This document shows, one piece after another, positions 26,530 through 39,132 of a DNA stretch of 64,000 nt. The position numbers were made by a program, and so were the translations under genes. Source of the DNA: Octopus sinensis (taxonomy: Eukaryota). Location of the stretch: contig NC_043016.1 of the NCBI RefSeq assembly GCF_006345805.1, positions 32,054,001 to 32,118,000 on the forward strand, written 5' to 3'. A model generated the notes under the pieces. That model was not told the origin of the DNA. It saw nothing but the letters and a program-made list of their open reading frames with translations, and did not search any database. Position 1 is the stretch's first letter. Every line of letters begins with the position of its first letter.

Positions 26530-28009
26530 CAAGAGTGTGTACCTTTGTATTTATGATTGTCCCCTACTACCACTTGACAAGACCCTTGTAACTTAGCAGT
26601 TCTACAAAACAGACTGATAGAATAAGTACCAGGCTTAAAAAGTACTGGAGTCGATTCATTTGACTGTTGCCCCAGCATGGCCACAGTCTAATAACAGAGA
26701 CACGATAAAAGATATACATATATACATATCAAGTATTTTTTTTTTGTTTTTGTTAAGGTTCTCTTTGAATTTTAAATGAAAAGAAGAGACATTTCTCAAA
26801 AGAAAATAATAAATTCATAATGATATACAGAATAAGTATCGAAAAAAGATTATCTTGGTGATGATATTTTACTATTTATCTACTATTTGGGGGACGAAAC
26901 TAGTTGCCAAATATTTTAGCAGACGACAGCTATACTGATTTAAATAATTCTTTACTGATATGTACAAGAAACTTAAAATACTAATACATATTACAGCATT
27001 AAATATCAAAAAGGCAATGAAAATTCCAGAAGGATTTTAATTCTATTTAGTGAGGTATTGAATTTAATTCTGTATTGTATGGTTTAAACTTTAAGACTCT
27101 AAATTGTAATTAGAATATAAATAGGTTACGATAACCTATTTCTAATTTGAAGCCGAAACTTTGATGTGATTTTTTTTTTTTTGGTTCTCGTCATTTTTTA
27201 AATTATCGTTTCATTTTTTATTTATGTAAAAAAATTTTAATCTAACAGAAATTTTCAATATTAGACATTTTATTATAGATATTTCTGATAAAATGAAGCG
27301 ATTGGAAAATTAAATAAATAAATCAAGGGAATTAATTACCACAAACTATTAAAATCTACTACTGAGTTATCTAATCTTGGAAGCTATATTGCGCTTTTTC
27401 ATATGTTTAAGCTTTCTGAAGGAATAGATCTACTATTAATGGTACTCCAACTACGAGAATCTCTGATATTCCTAGCACGGGCATGCTATTTATCTATTTA
27501 ATTCCACGTGTAGTCTTTGGACCATATATTAAGGACCTGTTTTTATTAGCTTGGTACTGTGGCAGAGGCTTTACTCAAGGTCTTTGTAGGGCCTCCAAGA
27601 CTGAGGCATAAATTGCTACAGTCTGATAACTTTAGGAAGTGTATATGCAGAGAAGGAATTCTTGAGGGCCGACGTTCTGAGAGGATGGAAGGTTGGTGGT
27701 GGGGCATTCGATGAAGGGGTCACTGTCGGGGTGGACACAATAAAGTTGAGGAGAGGAGGAGAGGTGAACAAGTCAAGAGGTCAATCATCATCATCATCCT
27801 CGTTTAAAGTCCGTTTTCCATGCTAACATAAGATGGACAGTTTAACATGAAGCTGGCCAGACACCAATTGTCTGTTGTGGCATGTTTTCTACAGCAACGG
27901 TTGGATGTCCTTCCTAATGCCAGTCAACTATAAAAAAATAGAAACCAACGTAACAGTGGTATAAAAAATCAGAGAAATGAAGCAGAATGTTTGTGGGAAG
28001 AGGTTGGAG

Positions 28010-28510
28010 CATAAGAAGCATCAGATGTGGCGTGCAGGAGAGATGTTTGTGTTGGCATGGTCATGTACTATGGATGAATGAGGAGAGATGTGTGAAGAAG
28101 TGCCACTCCCAAACACTCCCAAATCCAGAGTAGAGGTAGACCCAGGAAGACATGGGATGAGGTGGTCAAGCATGACCTTTGAACGTTGGGCCTCACAGAG
28201 GCAATGACGAAAAACCGAGACCTCTGGAGATGTGCTGTGACTGTGAAGACCCGACAAATGAAATGAGTTCATAGCCCGCAGGATGGCCTGCTATGCTTAC
28301 CTTGGATTGTAGGGCGACCTGCTGTGCTTGAGGAGACCTACTGAGTCAAGTACATCAACATCAAAATAAAAATCAAATGGAAATTGTAGTTGTAATACCC
28401 ATGCCAGAGGCACGTAAAAAGCACCATCCAAACATGGCCGATGCCAGTGCTGCCATGAGTGGTGTCCATGTCTGTGGCAAATGAAAAGGAAACCAACCGA
28501 TTGTGGCCGT
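28010..28510 (+). mobile_element. 5'-truncated RTE LINE fragment (end of ORF and 3'UTR)
   Basis: WHGHV and RGRPRKTWDEVVKHDL match 33400-33600. Other tail-only copies at ~1990-2220, 16310-16565, 21945-22282, 44478-45008, 50335-50760, 60590-61012, 61530-61890 and 62780-63120. Confidence 0.8.
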
Positions 28511-28945
28511 CAGGAAGCATGGAATAGATAAATGGCTTGTGAGCACTTTAAAGACTTTGTATAAAGGCAGTGTTCCAGCATGGCCACAGTCAAATGACTG
28601 AAACAAGTAAAAGAGTAAAAGAGTGAGAATGACCCTTGATTGTATTTTAGATGCATATACAGTGTATGAACAAAAACATGAGAGGTAAAAAGCCATTCAA
28701 AGAACCTAGGTGATGGAAGTGCAGCATAACAACAAAGCGATTATTTGATTTAGGTGCCAGTGCCACTTAATAAGCACCTGTGTCAGTGCTGTATTAATGC
28801 ACCTGTGCTGGTGGCATGTAAAATGTACCCAGCACATTTTGTTAAAGGCATCTAGCCAGAGAAACCATATTCCACTCGAGTGGATTTTCAGCTTTTAGGA
28901 AATGAAAGCACACATACACACACACAAAAAAGAAATTGTCTTTAC

Positions 28946-29442
28946 CTGGAATATAAATCCTTTTGGAGTCCATCATAAGAATCTTCCTTACTAGACTCAT
29001 AGCAGAAAGATTCTTCATGGGATTCACTGGTAAGTGTTCCATCATTTGCAGTATGTACAAGGCTAGTTCCGCTTGCTTCAAATGTATCTGAATAGATTAC
29101 ATCACTGCTAGAATTCAAAGAATTAACTGAAGATTTGCATAAGTTGTTTTGATCAGTCTCATCTGCATCAGAAGAACTAACAAAGGTGTTTGAATAAGAG
29201 ATGTCAGAGACATCAGAATTGTCAGTGGTTACTGAAGCAGACCTATGAACAGTGATACCATCTGCACCGATGCTTGAAGAGTTATTTGAATCTGTGATGG
29301 GATTTTCCTTGAAACTGTCATTGTTAATATTGTCATTTTCTTCATTACTTGAAGACAGACTCTCAAATGAATCAGAATAAAGAGGGTCGGAAGAATGTAC
29401 ATTTGATGAAGATTCACCACATTCTGGTGAATGAAGAGACAT
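28946..29442 (-). CDS. Large coding exon of an unidentified Ser/Asp/Asn-rich protein (MSLHSPECGESSSNVHSSDPLYSDSFESLSS...KDLYS); whole exon 28946-29508
   Basis: Stop-free non-repeat ORF bounded by a ttttcag acceptor (29509) and an AG|gtaaag donor (28945). ATG at 29442 has A at -3. The start codon choice is an inference. Confidence 0.75.
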
Positions 29443-29652
29443 GATAGCTACTCTGTAGAAGTTAGCATACTCTAAAGTTATACAGCCTTCATTCTGTCCG
29501 GGATCAACCTGAAAAGAAAATGCTGAAGCGTCAATAAGTAATAGACTTAAAAACAAAAGAAGTCAATTAGGCTTGAAATGTGAGATTTTTTTCTTTTCTT
29601 TAAGGAATGGAGTAAACATTTACATATCTATACTTTGCTCAAAGTTATTTAT

Positions 29653-29890
29653 TTAACCCTTTCATTACCGACCCGGCTGAAACCAGCTCTGGCTCTGTAG
29701 TACAAATGTCTTGTTTTCATAACGTTTGAATTAAAATCTTCCACCAAACCTTAGTCACAATTTATGTTCCTAACACTAGCTGAATGATAAGTAAGTTATT
29801 TTACTAAATTCTTTCTTATATTTAAAGTAATTGAAAAAAAAAACAAAAAAACAGAGCATCTCAAAATAAATACAGTAACAAAAGGGTTAA
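29653..29890 (-). mobile_element. piggyBac-like MITE-1, intact
   Basis: ttaaccctttcattac...gtaacaaaagggttaa termini. Confidence 0.8.
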
Positions 29891-30149
29891 AAAAGTCAGT
29901 TGGAACATATTTTGACACAGCAGTGGAGGTAAAGAGGTTGATTGAAGAATATATTGTGCAACACAACTGCAAATGCTTTTAATCAGAAGTCTGCTCAGTT
30001 ACAGCTAACTTGAAGCAAGACAACAACTACTGTATACACAAACACAGATATACAGATAAATACAAACATGGAGATATACAAATCTATTTTACTATAATCG
30101 ACATTTGCTGTTTCATTAAATTATGCTACCCAAATCCCAAAAGAATATT

Positions 30150-33100
30150 TTTCTCCCTCGTGTTCTGACCACCTTAACTCTGGCACCCCCTCTCTCTCTC
30201 TCTTTTCCGATTACCACTCGCTTCACCGAGACTTCCTCCACCACCACCACCACCCTATATAAACTAGCGCATGCACTCAGATTCCCCCTACTCGATTTTT
30301 AATACCTCTGCGGAAAGAATACGTATCCAGAAGATGCTCTCGTCTAAATTTGCTAGTTCAAGGTACGCCCCCCCGTCCCCTCCACCGGTACCAGAAGTTC
30401 CTATCCTTTGTTCATCCTTTGGTTGTCTCCCATTAACACTTCTAAAGGCTTTACGCCATCCCCACCCCAACTTAGGGTTTATCTCCTATGTAAGGTAGTG
30501 ATCATATAGTGCAAAAATATGATAGTGTAATGTATGCAGGTTGAATTGAAGTCTATTGGTTGTTTATGAATTCTGCCAAATGTGAACTTTCTTTTCAGGT
30601 ACATGGCACTGCTGGCCCACACCTCCCACACCCTCAGGGTTGGCACATTGAAAGATAGGTCTGGTGAGATTGTTGAGATGCTTGAACGGAGATGTAAATT
30701 TGTGCTGCCTCCAAGAAGTAAGGTGAAGAGGAGGTTCCATTAAGTTCCTCATAGGTAAAGAACACAGGTACAAGATTTTCTGGGCAGAGAACAATGACAG
30801 AGTTGGGAGCGTGGGTATACTTCTTGCTGAGAAATGGGTGGATAAGGTAATCAAGGTAGTCAGAGTATGCAACAGAATACTTAAGATTAGATTAGTGCTT
30901 CATCATGGGTTAGCAACCATTATCTCAGCCTATGCCCCTCAGCCTGATGGACAGAAAGGCCAACTTTATGATACCCTCTCGCAGACTCCCTTGTTGACAA
31001 ATGACAGTGACCATCTCTTTGTGGCTGGTGACTTCAATGGACATGTTGGACAACATACAGGGTGCTTCAATCACGTACATGGAGTCTACAGTTTTGGTTC
31101 CTGCAATGAGAAGGGAACCAGGCTGCTGGATTTCTGCGATGCAAATGATCTTATGGTTTGCAATACTAACTTCAGGAAACCTGCCAGTCACCTAGTCACC
31201 TACTGTTCTGGCAGACACACTAGCCAAATTAACTACATCCTCACCAGAAAAAGGGAAAGATAGCTGCCTATAAATACCAAAACCTTCCCAGGCAAAGAAT
31301 GTACCCCACAATATAGACTGGTATTTAGCGACTTCAGGATCAGGGCTAAATAGATGCCCAGAAAATGACCAGCATGGGGGAGAAGGGTCTGGAAGCTTAA
31401 AGATCCTGCAAATGGACAGAGATTTAGAGACATGTTACTTGAAGCCTTTGATGAAACAGAAGGGGATATAGCTTCAAACGATGTGGAAGACAACTGGAGG
31501 CTTCAACAGGACAACCTGCTGAGGGCCACTGACCAGATCTGTGGATGGTGCAAAGTCCTCTCTTGACCCAAAATAACGTCGTGGTGGAACAATGTTGTTG
31601 ACAGGGCTATTAGACAAAAGAAACAGGCTTGGAAGGACTGGAAGAATGGTGGTAGCAGGGAATTGTATCAGATTGCCAGAAGGGAAGCTAAGAGACAGGT
31701 TTATTTAGCCAGAGGGGAAACAGATAAGAAAAAATTTGCCAATGTTCTGCACCATGAGGAGCAAAGACTTGAGGTATTTCATGTTGCAAGACAGTGTTTG
31801 AGAGAGAATCAAGATGTTGTAGGAGAGAAATGTGTCTGCATGGATGATGATTCACTTGCACTAAATAAGGCTGCAAAGAGAGAGGTTTGGAGATGCCACT
31901 ATGAAAAGCTGCTCAATAAAGAAAATGAATGGGAGAAAGAGAGTCTGCCAAATGTCGACCCAACAGAGGGACCAGTTATCTGAATTGACAGTTCCTTAGT
32001 AGTTAAGGCAATTAAGAGTATGATGACAGGGAAAGCCCCTGGCTCATCAGGAATCACTGCAGAGAGGCTCAAAATATCTGGCAGTGTTGGCTACAGCCTA
32101 GTCACCTGTATAGTTAACCAGGTGATACACGAAGGAGTCATACCCAATGACTGGTGTAACAGCATAATAGTCAACTGCTATAAAGGTAAAGGTGACAATT
32201 TAGATACAGATAATTACAGAGGTATCAAGTTGTTGGATCAGGTAATGAAGGTCACGGAGAGGGTCATAGCCCAACTAATTAGGGAGAGAGTCAGTTTAGA
32301 TGAGATGCAGTTTGGGTTCGTGCCAGAGAAAAGCACCACTGATGCTATATTTCTGGTAAGACAGCTGCAGGAGAAATACCCAGCCAAAGATAAACCTCTG
32401 TACCTGGAGAAAGCCATTGACAGGCTTCCCCGATCCCTTATCTGGTGGTCAATGAGGAAACTAGGGATAGATGAATGGTTAGTGAGAGCTGTGCAAGCCC
32501 TGTACAGGGACACTGTCAGTAAGGTGAGTGTTGGCAACAAGTACAGGGAAGAATTCCGAGTAGAGGTAGGGGTCCACTAAGGATCAGTCCCCAGCCTCCT
32601 CCTATTTATCATAGTCCTCCAGGCAATAACGGAGGAATTCAAGACAGGATGCCCCTAGGAGCTCCTCTATGCTGACGACCTTGCTCTAATTGCTGAGTCA
32701 CTATCAGAACTAGAAGAGAAGTTTCAAGGGTAAAAGCAAGGATTAGAATCGAAGGGCCTTAGAGTCAATCTAGCTAAAACCAAATCCTAATAAGTAGGAA
32801 GGCAGACAAACCACAAATCCCTTCAGGTAGATAGCCCTGTTCAATTTGTAGAAAAGGCGTAGGTAGAAACTCTGTAAGATGTACCCAGTGTAAGCTATGG
32901 ACACATAAGAGGTGCAGCAATATCAAAGAAAGGCTAGCCGGGAAGATAGTTTTTGTATGTGGCAGATGCTCAAGAGCAATAAACACTGAAAATGTGCAGA
33001 GAACAACTTTTGCCACATTCCAGGGAGAAAAACTAGAAGTAGTTGATAGCTTCTGTTACCTAGGTGACCAGGTCAGCAGCGGGAGTGGGGGTGCTGAAAG

Positions 33101-34198
33101 TGTAGCTGCAAGAATAAGAATAGCCTGGGCAAAGTTCAGAGAGCTCCTACCTCTGCTGGTGACAAAGGGCCTCTCGCTCAGAGTAAAAGGTAGACTGTAT
33201 GACACATGTGTACGAACAGCCATGCTACATGTCAGTGAAACAGGGGCTGTAACTGCTGAGGACATGCGTAATCTGGCAAGGAATGAAGCCAGTATGCTCC
33301 GATGGATGTGTAATGTCAGTGTGCATACTCAACAGAGTGTAAGTACCTTGAGAGAAAAGTTGGACCTAAGAAGCATCAGATGTGGTTTGCAAGAGAGACG
33401 ACTGCGCTGGTATGGTCATGTAGCGAGAATGGATGAGGATAGCTGTGTGAAAAAGTGCCACACCCTAGCAGTTGTGGGAACCTGCGGAAGAGGTAGACCC
33501 AGGAAGACCTGGAATGAGGTGGTGAAGCATTACCTTTGAACAAAAGGCCTCACTGAGGCAATGACTAGTGACCGAGACCTTTGGAAATATGCTGTGCATA
33601 AGACCCAGGAAGCCAAGTGAGACCATAACTCGTGGCCAATGCCAGGGGTGTAACCAGCCCACTTATGTGTACCTTTCCTTCATTGGACACTAAACTCTGC
33701 TTGCGAAGACCTGTTGAGGCCAAGTGAAATTGAAATCAAATTCAATGACTGGCATCTGTGCTAGTGGAGCACTAAGAGCACCATCCGAGCATGATTGTTG
33801 CCAGAGCAGCTGACTGGCTTACATGCCGGTGGCATGTAAAAAGCACTATTCAAGCATGATTGTTACCTGCACCACCTTACTGGCAATTGTGTCAGTGGCA
33901 CGTGAAAAAACATTCACACAAAGTCGTTGCCAGTGCCGCTAGACTGGCTCCTGTGCAGGTGGCATGTAAAAAACACCATTTGAACGTGGCAGTTGCCAGT
34001 ACTGCCTGACTGACCCTTGTGTCGGTGACACGAAAAGTGCCCACTACTCTCTTGGAGAGGTTAGGAAGGGCATCCAGCTGTAGAAACTCTGCCTGATCAG
34101 ACTGGCGCCTGGTGCAGCCATCTGGTTCGCCAGTCCTCAGTCAAATCGTCCAACCCATGCCAGCATGGAAAGCAGATGATAAACGATGATGATGATGA
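30150..34198 (+). mobile_element. Near full-length decayed RTE-clade LINE (AP endonuclease, RT, PHD-like finger, repetitive 3'UTR, (GAT)n tail)
   Basis: APE motifs IISAYAPQ and VAGDFNGHVG; RT motifs GKAPG, NYRGIKLL, QFGF, STTDAIF and LLYADDL (32662-32682); C-terminal RLRWYGHV and RGRPRKTW. Many stops and frameshifts. 5' boundary is approximate. Confidence 0.93.
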
Positions 34199-35819
34199 TA
34201 TATATAGATATACACAAACGTCTAATATAATAAATGCGAAAAGTAATTTCTGTGTGTCAGTGTGTCACAGTTTGGCCCTCCCTCTCTCACTATTCAGTGA
34301 CACTTCTACTGTTGATGATGTTTTATTAAAAGTAGTAGTGTTGATGGCGTTAGTGGGAGTAATAAGAGGGAGAAAGAGTGAGTATGTGAGAGAAAGAGGG
34401 ACTGAACACTGAATTCATTTTCTTAGTACCACCACCATATCTACCATACATACACCATTCAGACTTCTGATGTCACCACCATCAATACTTTTGACTCCAT
34501 CATCACCACTGTCCACTTCCCTTCCACCACCACCCTCCTTGCCACATCTACCTCTATCACAACTACAGTTCATACTATTATTATCACTCCATTACCATCA
34601 CAAAAAGGCTGAATGGTATCTGTATGGCAGAACCGTTAGCACACCGGGCGAAATGCTTAGCGATATTACGTCTGCCGTTACGTTCTGAGTTCAAATTCTG
34701 CCGAGGTCGACTTTGCCTTTCATCCTTTCGGGGTCAATAAACTAAGTACCAGTTACGCACTGGAGTCAATGTAATCGACTTAATACCTATGTCTGTCCTT
34801 GTTTGTCCCCTCTATGTTTAACCCCTTGTGGGCAATAAGGAAATAGATGTGGTAGCAATGGTGGTGGTGTTGCTTATCATGCAGCTTTGCAATAAGTTCC
34901 AAATTATATCATTGTTTTGGTGAAAATTGTTCATTTCTTGAAAAATATTGTTCAAATTTAATGTGTACTCAATGCATGAAGTGTCATTGTTGGGCCTAAG
35001 GCCCAATGAAGAGCCCTCCACAGGGGCTACCTTAAAAGCCGCCCAATAGGGCGGCTACATAAACAAAGAGGCATGCAGACACACCTGACAATGACATTGA
35101 TTGTGAACTTATCCTGTCTTTTAGTTGTTTTTTGTAGTTTATGTAGGTGCCATGCAGTGGGATTGAACTTAGAACCATGTGGTTGGGAAGCAAACTTTTT
35201 ATCATAGAGCTGACTGTTGCCTGAAAAACCGTGGTCCCGATTTTTTTCAAGTCGGCTCGGTTAGAAAGGATGTTGCCCGGGCAACACCCCTGCATCCGCC
35301 ACTGCTTTATATTCTTTGTGTTGTAAAGAAAAAAGCTTTAATACAATATACATCAGTGCGCAATATAGAATTATTAGATTAAAAGAATGAGAAAATTTAC
35401 TTCCCTTTTTGATAGAGTATTATTCCACAGTTGTACTTGTAAGCACAGTACTGCCATTATTATTAATCATTCCTCCAGTGTGTGTGAAAGAGAGAGACAA
35501 ACGGTTCTTTGTAAAGGCCGTCTACCAAAAATTCTACTCGAAAGATATTGATCAACTCCGAGGCTATAACAGAAGACGCTTGCATAAGGTGCTACGCAGT
35601 GAAATCGAATCAAGAACCAGGTAGTTGTAAAGCGAACCACTTAACTATACTGCGAGTCTGCACCCATGGCTATAATTACATTTGTAAAAATTTGTATGGG
35701 GTAAAAACAACAGAATAAAAAAGGGATTTATTCCGTTTTTATATGACTGAGGTTATTGATAAATTGCTTAATATAGCTAATGTAACATACAATGCAGTTT
35801 TGTGACATACATACCTTAC

Positions 35820-35872
35820 CAAAATTGATTTTGTAATTTCAGTGTTAATATTGTCCAGCAAGAATAATACGT
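35820..35872 (-). other. Candidate 5'UTR exon of the minus-strand gene; another donor lies upstream at 35972 (GG|gtaagt)
   Basis: ttctttag acceptor and TTG|gtaagg donor in unique sequence. A short intron (35873-35971) leads to a strong upstream donor. Confidence 0.45.
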
Positions 35873-36049
35873 CTAAAGAATATTGACGTTACAGAGACAT
35901 TAAATATAAATACAAATACTGTGTTTGGTAAACAAACCGTACAGCATTTTATATCATTTTTATCCACTTACCCTATAATGGAAAAAATCTTTAGAATGAT
36001 ATGAGACAAGTAAAATAATTATGCCGATAAGTATACTATAAGAACACGT

Positions 36050-36125
36050 GTTCGATGTAAACAACAATTACTCTATCAAGGGATATTACCCTAGTTACCA
36101 AGATGTATGTAAATAAATTCGCGAT
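36050..36125 (-). promoter_or_regulatory. Candidate promoter of the minus-strand gene with RFX X-box-like and forkhead motifs
   Basis: ATTACCCTAGTTAC at 36085-36098 (X-box-like), GTAAACA at 36057-36063 and GTAAATA nearby, just upstream of the candidate first exon. Confidence 0.3.
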
Positions 36126-36437
36126 ATTTACGTACAATTTATAAAGAGAAAAATACAAAGAATCTTTAAATTGTCATTGTTCTACCTTCCATAATCATAA
36201 TATAGGCAATTTCTTTTGATTTAAAATTCTTCCGCTTAGTCTTTTTTAAACAATATTTTATCTAAGAAAACGTTTGAGTATGTCTTATAAAACATAGGGG
36301 ATTCTTTACGTGTGTCACCGCTTTCAAGTCAGCTGTGTTGTGTGTACAGGGAGAAATTGTCATGACAACTTTTCATCAAGAAACTTCATAATTTGTGTGT
36401 TACCGAAACAAACAAGCAAAAAAAAAAATAAAATAAA

Positions 36438-36837
36438 TGGCAATCTTTCGTCTCTAGTAGACCTTTCCGTCGATTTCCGTAAAAAAATTATTTTTTTTTA
36501 CATATGGGCTTGCGGGAACTTTTGAAGTAATGAGAGCGAAAGAGACTAAGAGAAAGCGATTGTATGACGAGGGAAGTTCTTTTGAAGTTACCGTCCAGGG
36601 GAGCATTGATGTATATATATGTGTGAGTGTGTGGTGTGTTTGATGGGGTGTGGGAGACAGACAGTATGTTGTGTAAGTGAAGTGCTTCTGTTAGTGTGTG
36701 TGAAAGAAAGAGATAACTGAAATTTTTTACTCGGTGTATGTATATTACTTCCAAAGTTCCCGCAAGCCCATATGTAAAAAAAAAAAAAAATTTTACGGAA
36801 ATCGACGGAAAGGTCTACTAGAGACGAAAGATCGCCA
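36438..36837. mobile_element. 400-bp foldback MITE with ~94-bp terminal inverted repeats
   Basis: 36438-36531 is the near-perfect reverse complement of 36744-36837. Confidence 0.85.
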
Positions 36838-36855
36838 ATATTTCGATAAAAGTCT

Positions 36856-36946
36856 ATGACGTCATGAGTGAGTGTTTGACATTGTGTTTCATCTGTTCGA
36901 CAAAGGTGAACGGTCAAACGCACTCGTGACTGAGTCATATACCAAT
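36856..36946. promoter_or_regulatory. CRE palindrome, AP-1 site and CCAAT cluster in CpG-retaining unique DNA
   Basis: ATGACGTCAT at 36856-36865, TGAGTCA at 36931-36937, CCAAT at 36942-36946. Confidence 0.3.
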
Positions 36947-37463
36947 ACCGAATCATTGCGAAATAACTAAGAGACAATAACAAAGCGGTTTTAATTTGTT
37001 TGGCGATTAGCAGAAGAAATGGCTCTTTTTTCCAAAGGCATTTGGGCTTCATATACGCTACATTCTAACATAGTAGGGGTGGGGAACAAAATCAGTAACC
37101 GGGGTCAAAATTAGTAATTTCTAATTTCTTGTTATTTTCTCCTTAGCTTCTTCGAAAAATAATTACAAGTATTGCATCACCATTTTGTACTGTTGCATCA
37201 CCTATAGGAGTAAAAATTGGTCAGCAGAGTTGTTACTATTGAAATTAAGGGAGTCCAAAACAGTCAAGTGATAGAAACCTTTTTTTTTTTCAAGAAATAT
37301 TTCCTCTACTTTGACTCGATTGTAACTGAGGTTGCTAATAAAATATCTGGATAATTTTTTGGTCTTTAACAATCAATATTCTTTTCTCTGTTGGATTCCA
37401 AGTCGATTTTGCCACACACTAATGTCTAATTTTCAAGTTTTCATAAAATGATGTCTAAGATAG

Positions 37464-37820
37464 GCGTAAGAGTAGCTTGCTTACGAACCACATGGTTCCG
37501 GGTTCAATCCTGCTGCGTGACACCTTGGGCAAGTGTCTTCTACGATAACCTCGAGCCGACCAAAGCCTTGTGAATGGATTTGGTAGACAGAAACTGAAAG
37601 AAGCTCGTCGTATATAATGTATGTATGTGTGTGTCTGTGTTCGTCCCCCCAACATCGCTTGACAACCGATGCTGGTGTGTTTACGTTCCCGTAACTTAGC
37701 GGTTCGACAAAAGAGACCGATAGGATAAGTACTAGGCTTACAAAGAATAAGTCCTGGGGTCGATTTGCTCAACTAAAGGCGGTGCTCCAGCATGGCCACA
37801 GTCAAATGACTGAAACAAGT
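37464..37820 (+). mobile_element. SINE family A with 18-bp TSD
   Basis: aaatgatgtctaagatag at 37446-37463 and 37821-37838. Confidence 0.9.
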
Positions 37821-38723
37821 AAATGATGTCTAAGATAGAGGAAGGAAGGGAGAGAGAAAGAGAAGCAGAAAAGGAGGAAAGGAGAAGAAACATTGCAATC
37901 TTTTAATCGAACATGACTGACAAATTTTCCCTCTCCTCAGATTCGTAAAGAGAAATAAGCTCACCTATAAATAGGGAGAGAGAGGATGAAAGATAGAGAG
38001 GGAAGGAGGAACATTGTAATTTATCAACTGAACACAATTAACAAAAAAATCTTTCCCATAAACAGAGAGAGAGAGAGGGAGATAATATGAGAAACAATAA
38101 AATACCTAATGTTGAATAAGCCAGTAACGCCAAATTGGCGGCACCAAAATGTCTCATATCTAAGTAATGTTCACAGGCATTGGAACAAGGGAAAACAATA
38201 CCAAAGCCATACAAGAATGCTTCATTGCCAACAACTAGTATGTGTTAATTATGCTTAGCACAAAGATAAAAAAAAGAACAAGCAAACAAACAAACAAAGA
38301 AAAAAACAGTATTTCTTATCTTCAGAAAAGGAGTCAATGTACAGCATGAGAATGCCAGGCTGTATTCAGGAGTATAGAACATTTTCCCCCCTCCCCAAGG
38401 ACAACAGATAATGATTTAAAACTTCTTAATATATTAGAGAGTGGGTAATTAACCAATGGGGTTAATTGTCCAAGAGGGTAGTTGACATCGGGGGGAATTG
38501 TCCTATGGAGGGGTAATTGTCCTGATATGGTATTCAGTGATGGTCATTTATGGAAAGTCTTAAGGCTGGTAATTTTTACTTCACCCATCCTATTCACCAC
38601 ACTAAGAGCTTCATTAGATATCTGCTCACTGAGGTCATTTGAACAAAGCATTCAGAAGTTATGAATATGTTGATATAATGCTCAAGTTCCTTGCCTCTTC
38701 TAAAATAACTGGGGTTTTTTCTG

Positions 38724-39132
38724 TAGAATCTACACACTTGATAGAATCAAATTTTTCTTCTACAAACTTTGGTAGAATCTAGCTTCTCATCTACAAATTT
38801 TGGTAGAATCTAGTTTTTCCTCTACAGACTTCAGTAGAATCTAGTTTCTCATTTACAAACTTTGGTAGAATCTAGTTTTTCCTCTACAGACTTCAGTAGA
38901 ATCTAGTTTCTCATTTACAAACTTTGGTAGAATCTAGTTTTTCCTCTACAGACTTCAGTAGAATCTAGTTTCTCATTTACAAACTTTGGTAGAATCTAGT
39001 TTTTCCTCTACTGACTTCAGTAGAATCTAGTTTCTCATTTACAAACTTTGGTAGAATCTAGTTTCTCATTTACAAACTTTGGTAGAATCTAGTTTCTCAT
39101 TTACAAACTTTGGTAGAACGTAATTTCTCATT
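38724..39132. repeat. 31-bp minisatellite with alternating A/B units (62-bp higher-order repeat)
   Basis: agaatctagtttctcatttacaaactttggt alternates with agaatctagtttttcctctacagacttcagt, about 13 units. Confidence 0.9.

Noticed and set aside
35005-35310. Possible PIF/Harbinger-like end (gcatccgccactg)
   Set aside because: No matching opposite terminus or TSD found.
38724-39132. Regular ~31-bp repeats resembling a CRISPR array
   Set aside because: Units are contiguous with no unique spacers, there are no cas genes, and the context is eukaryotic.
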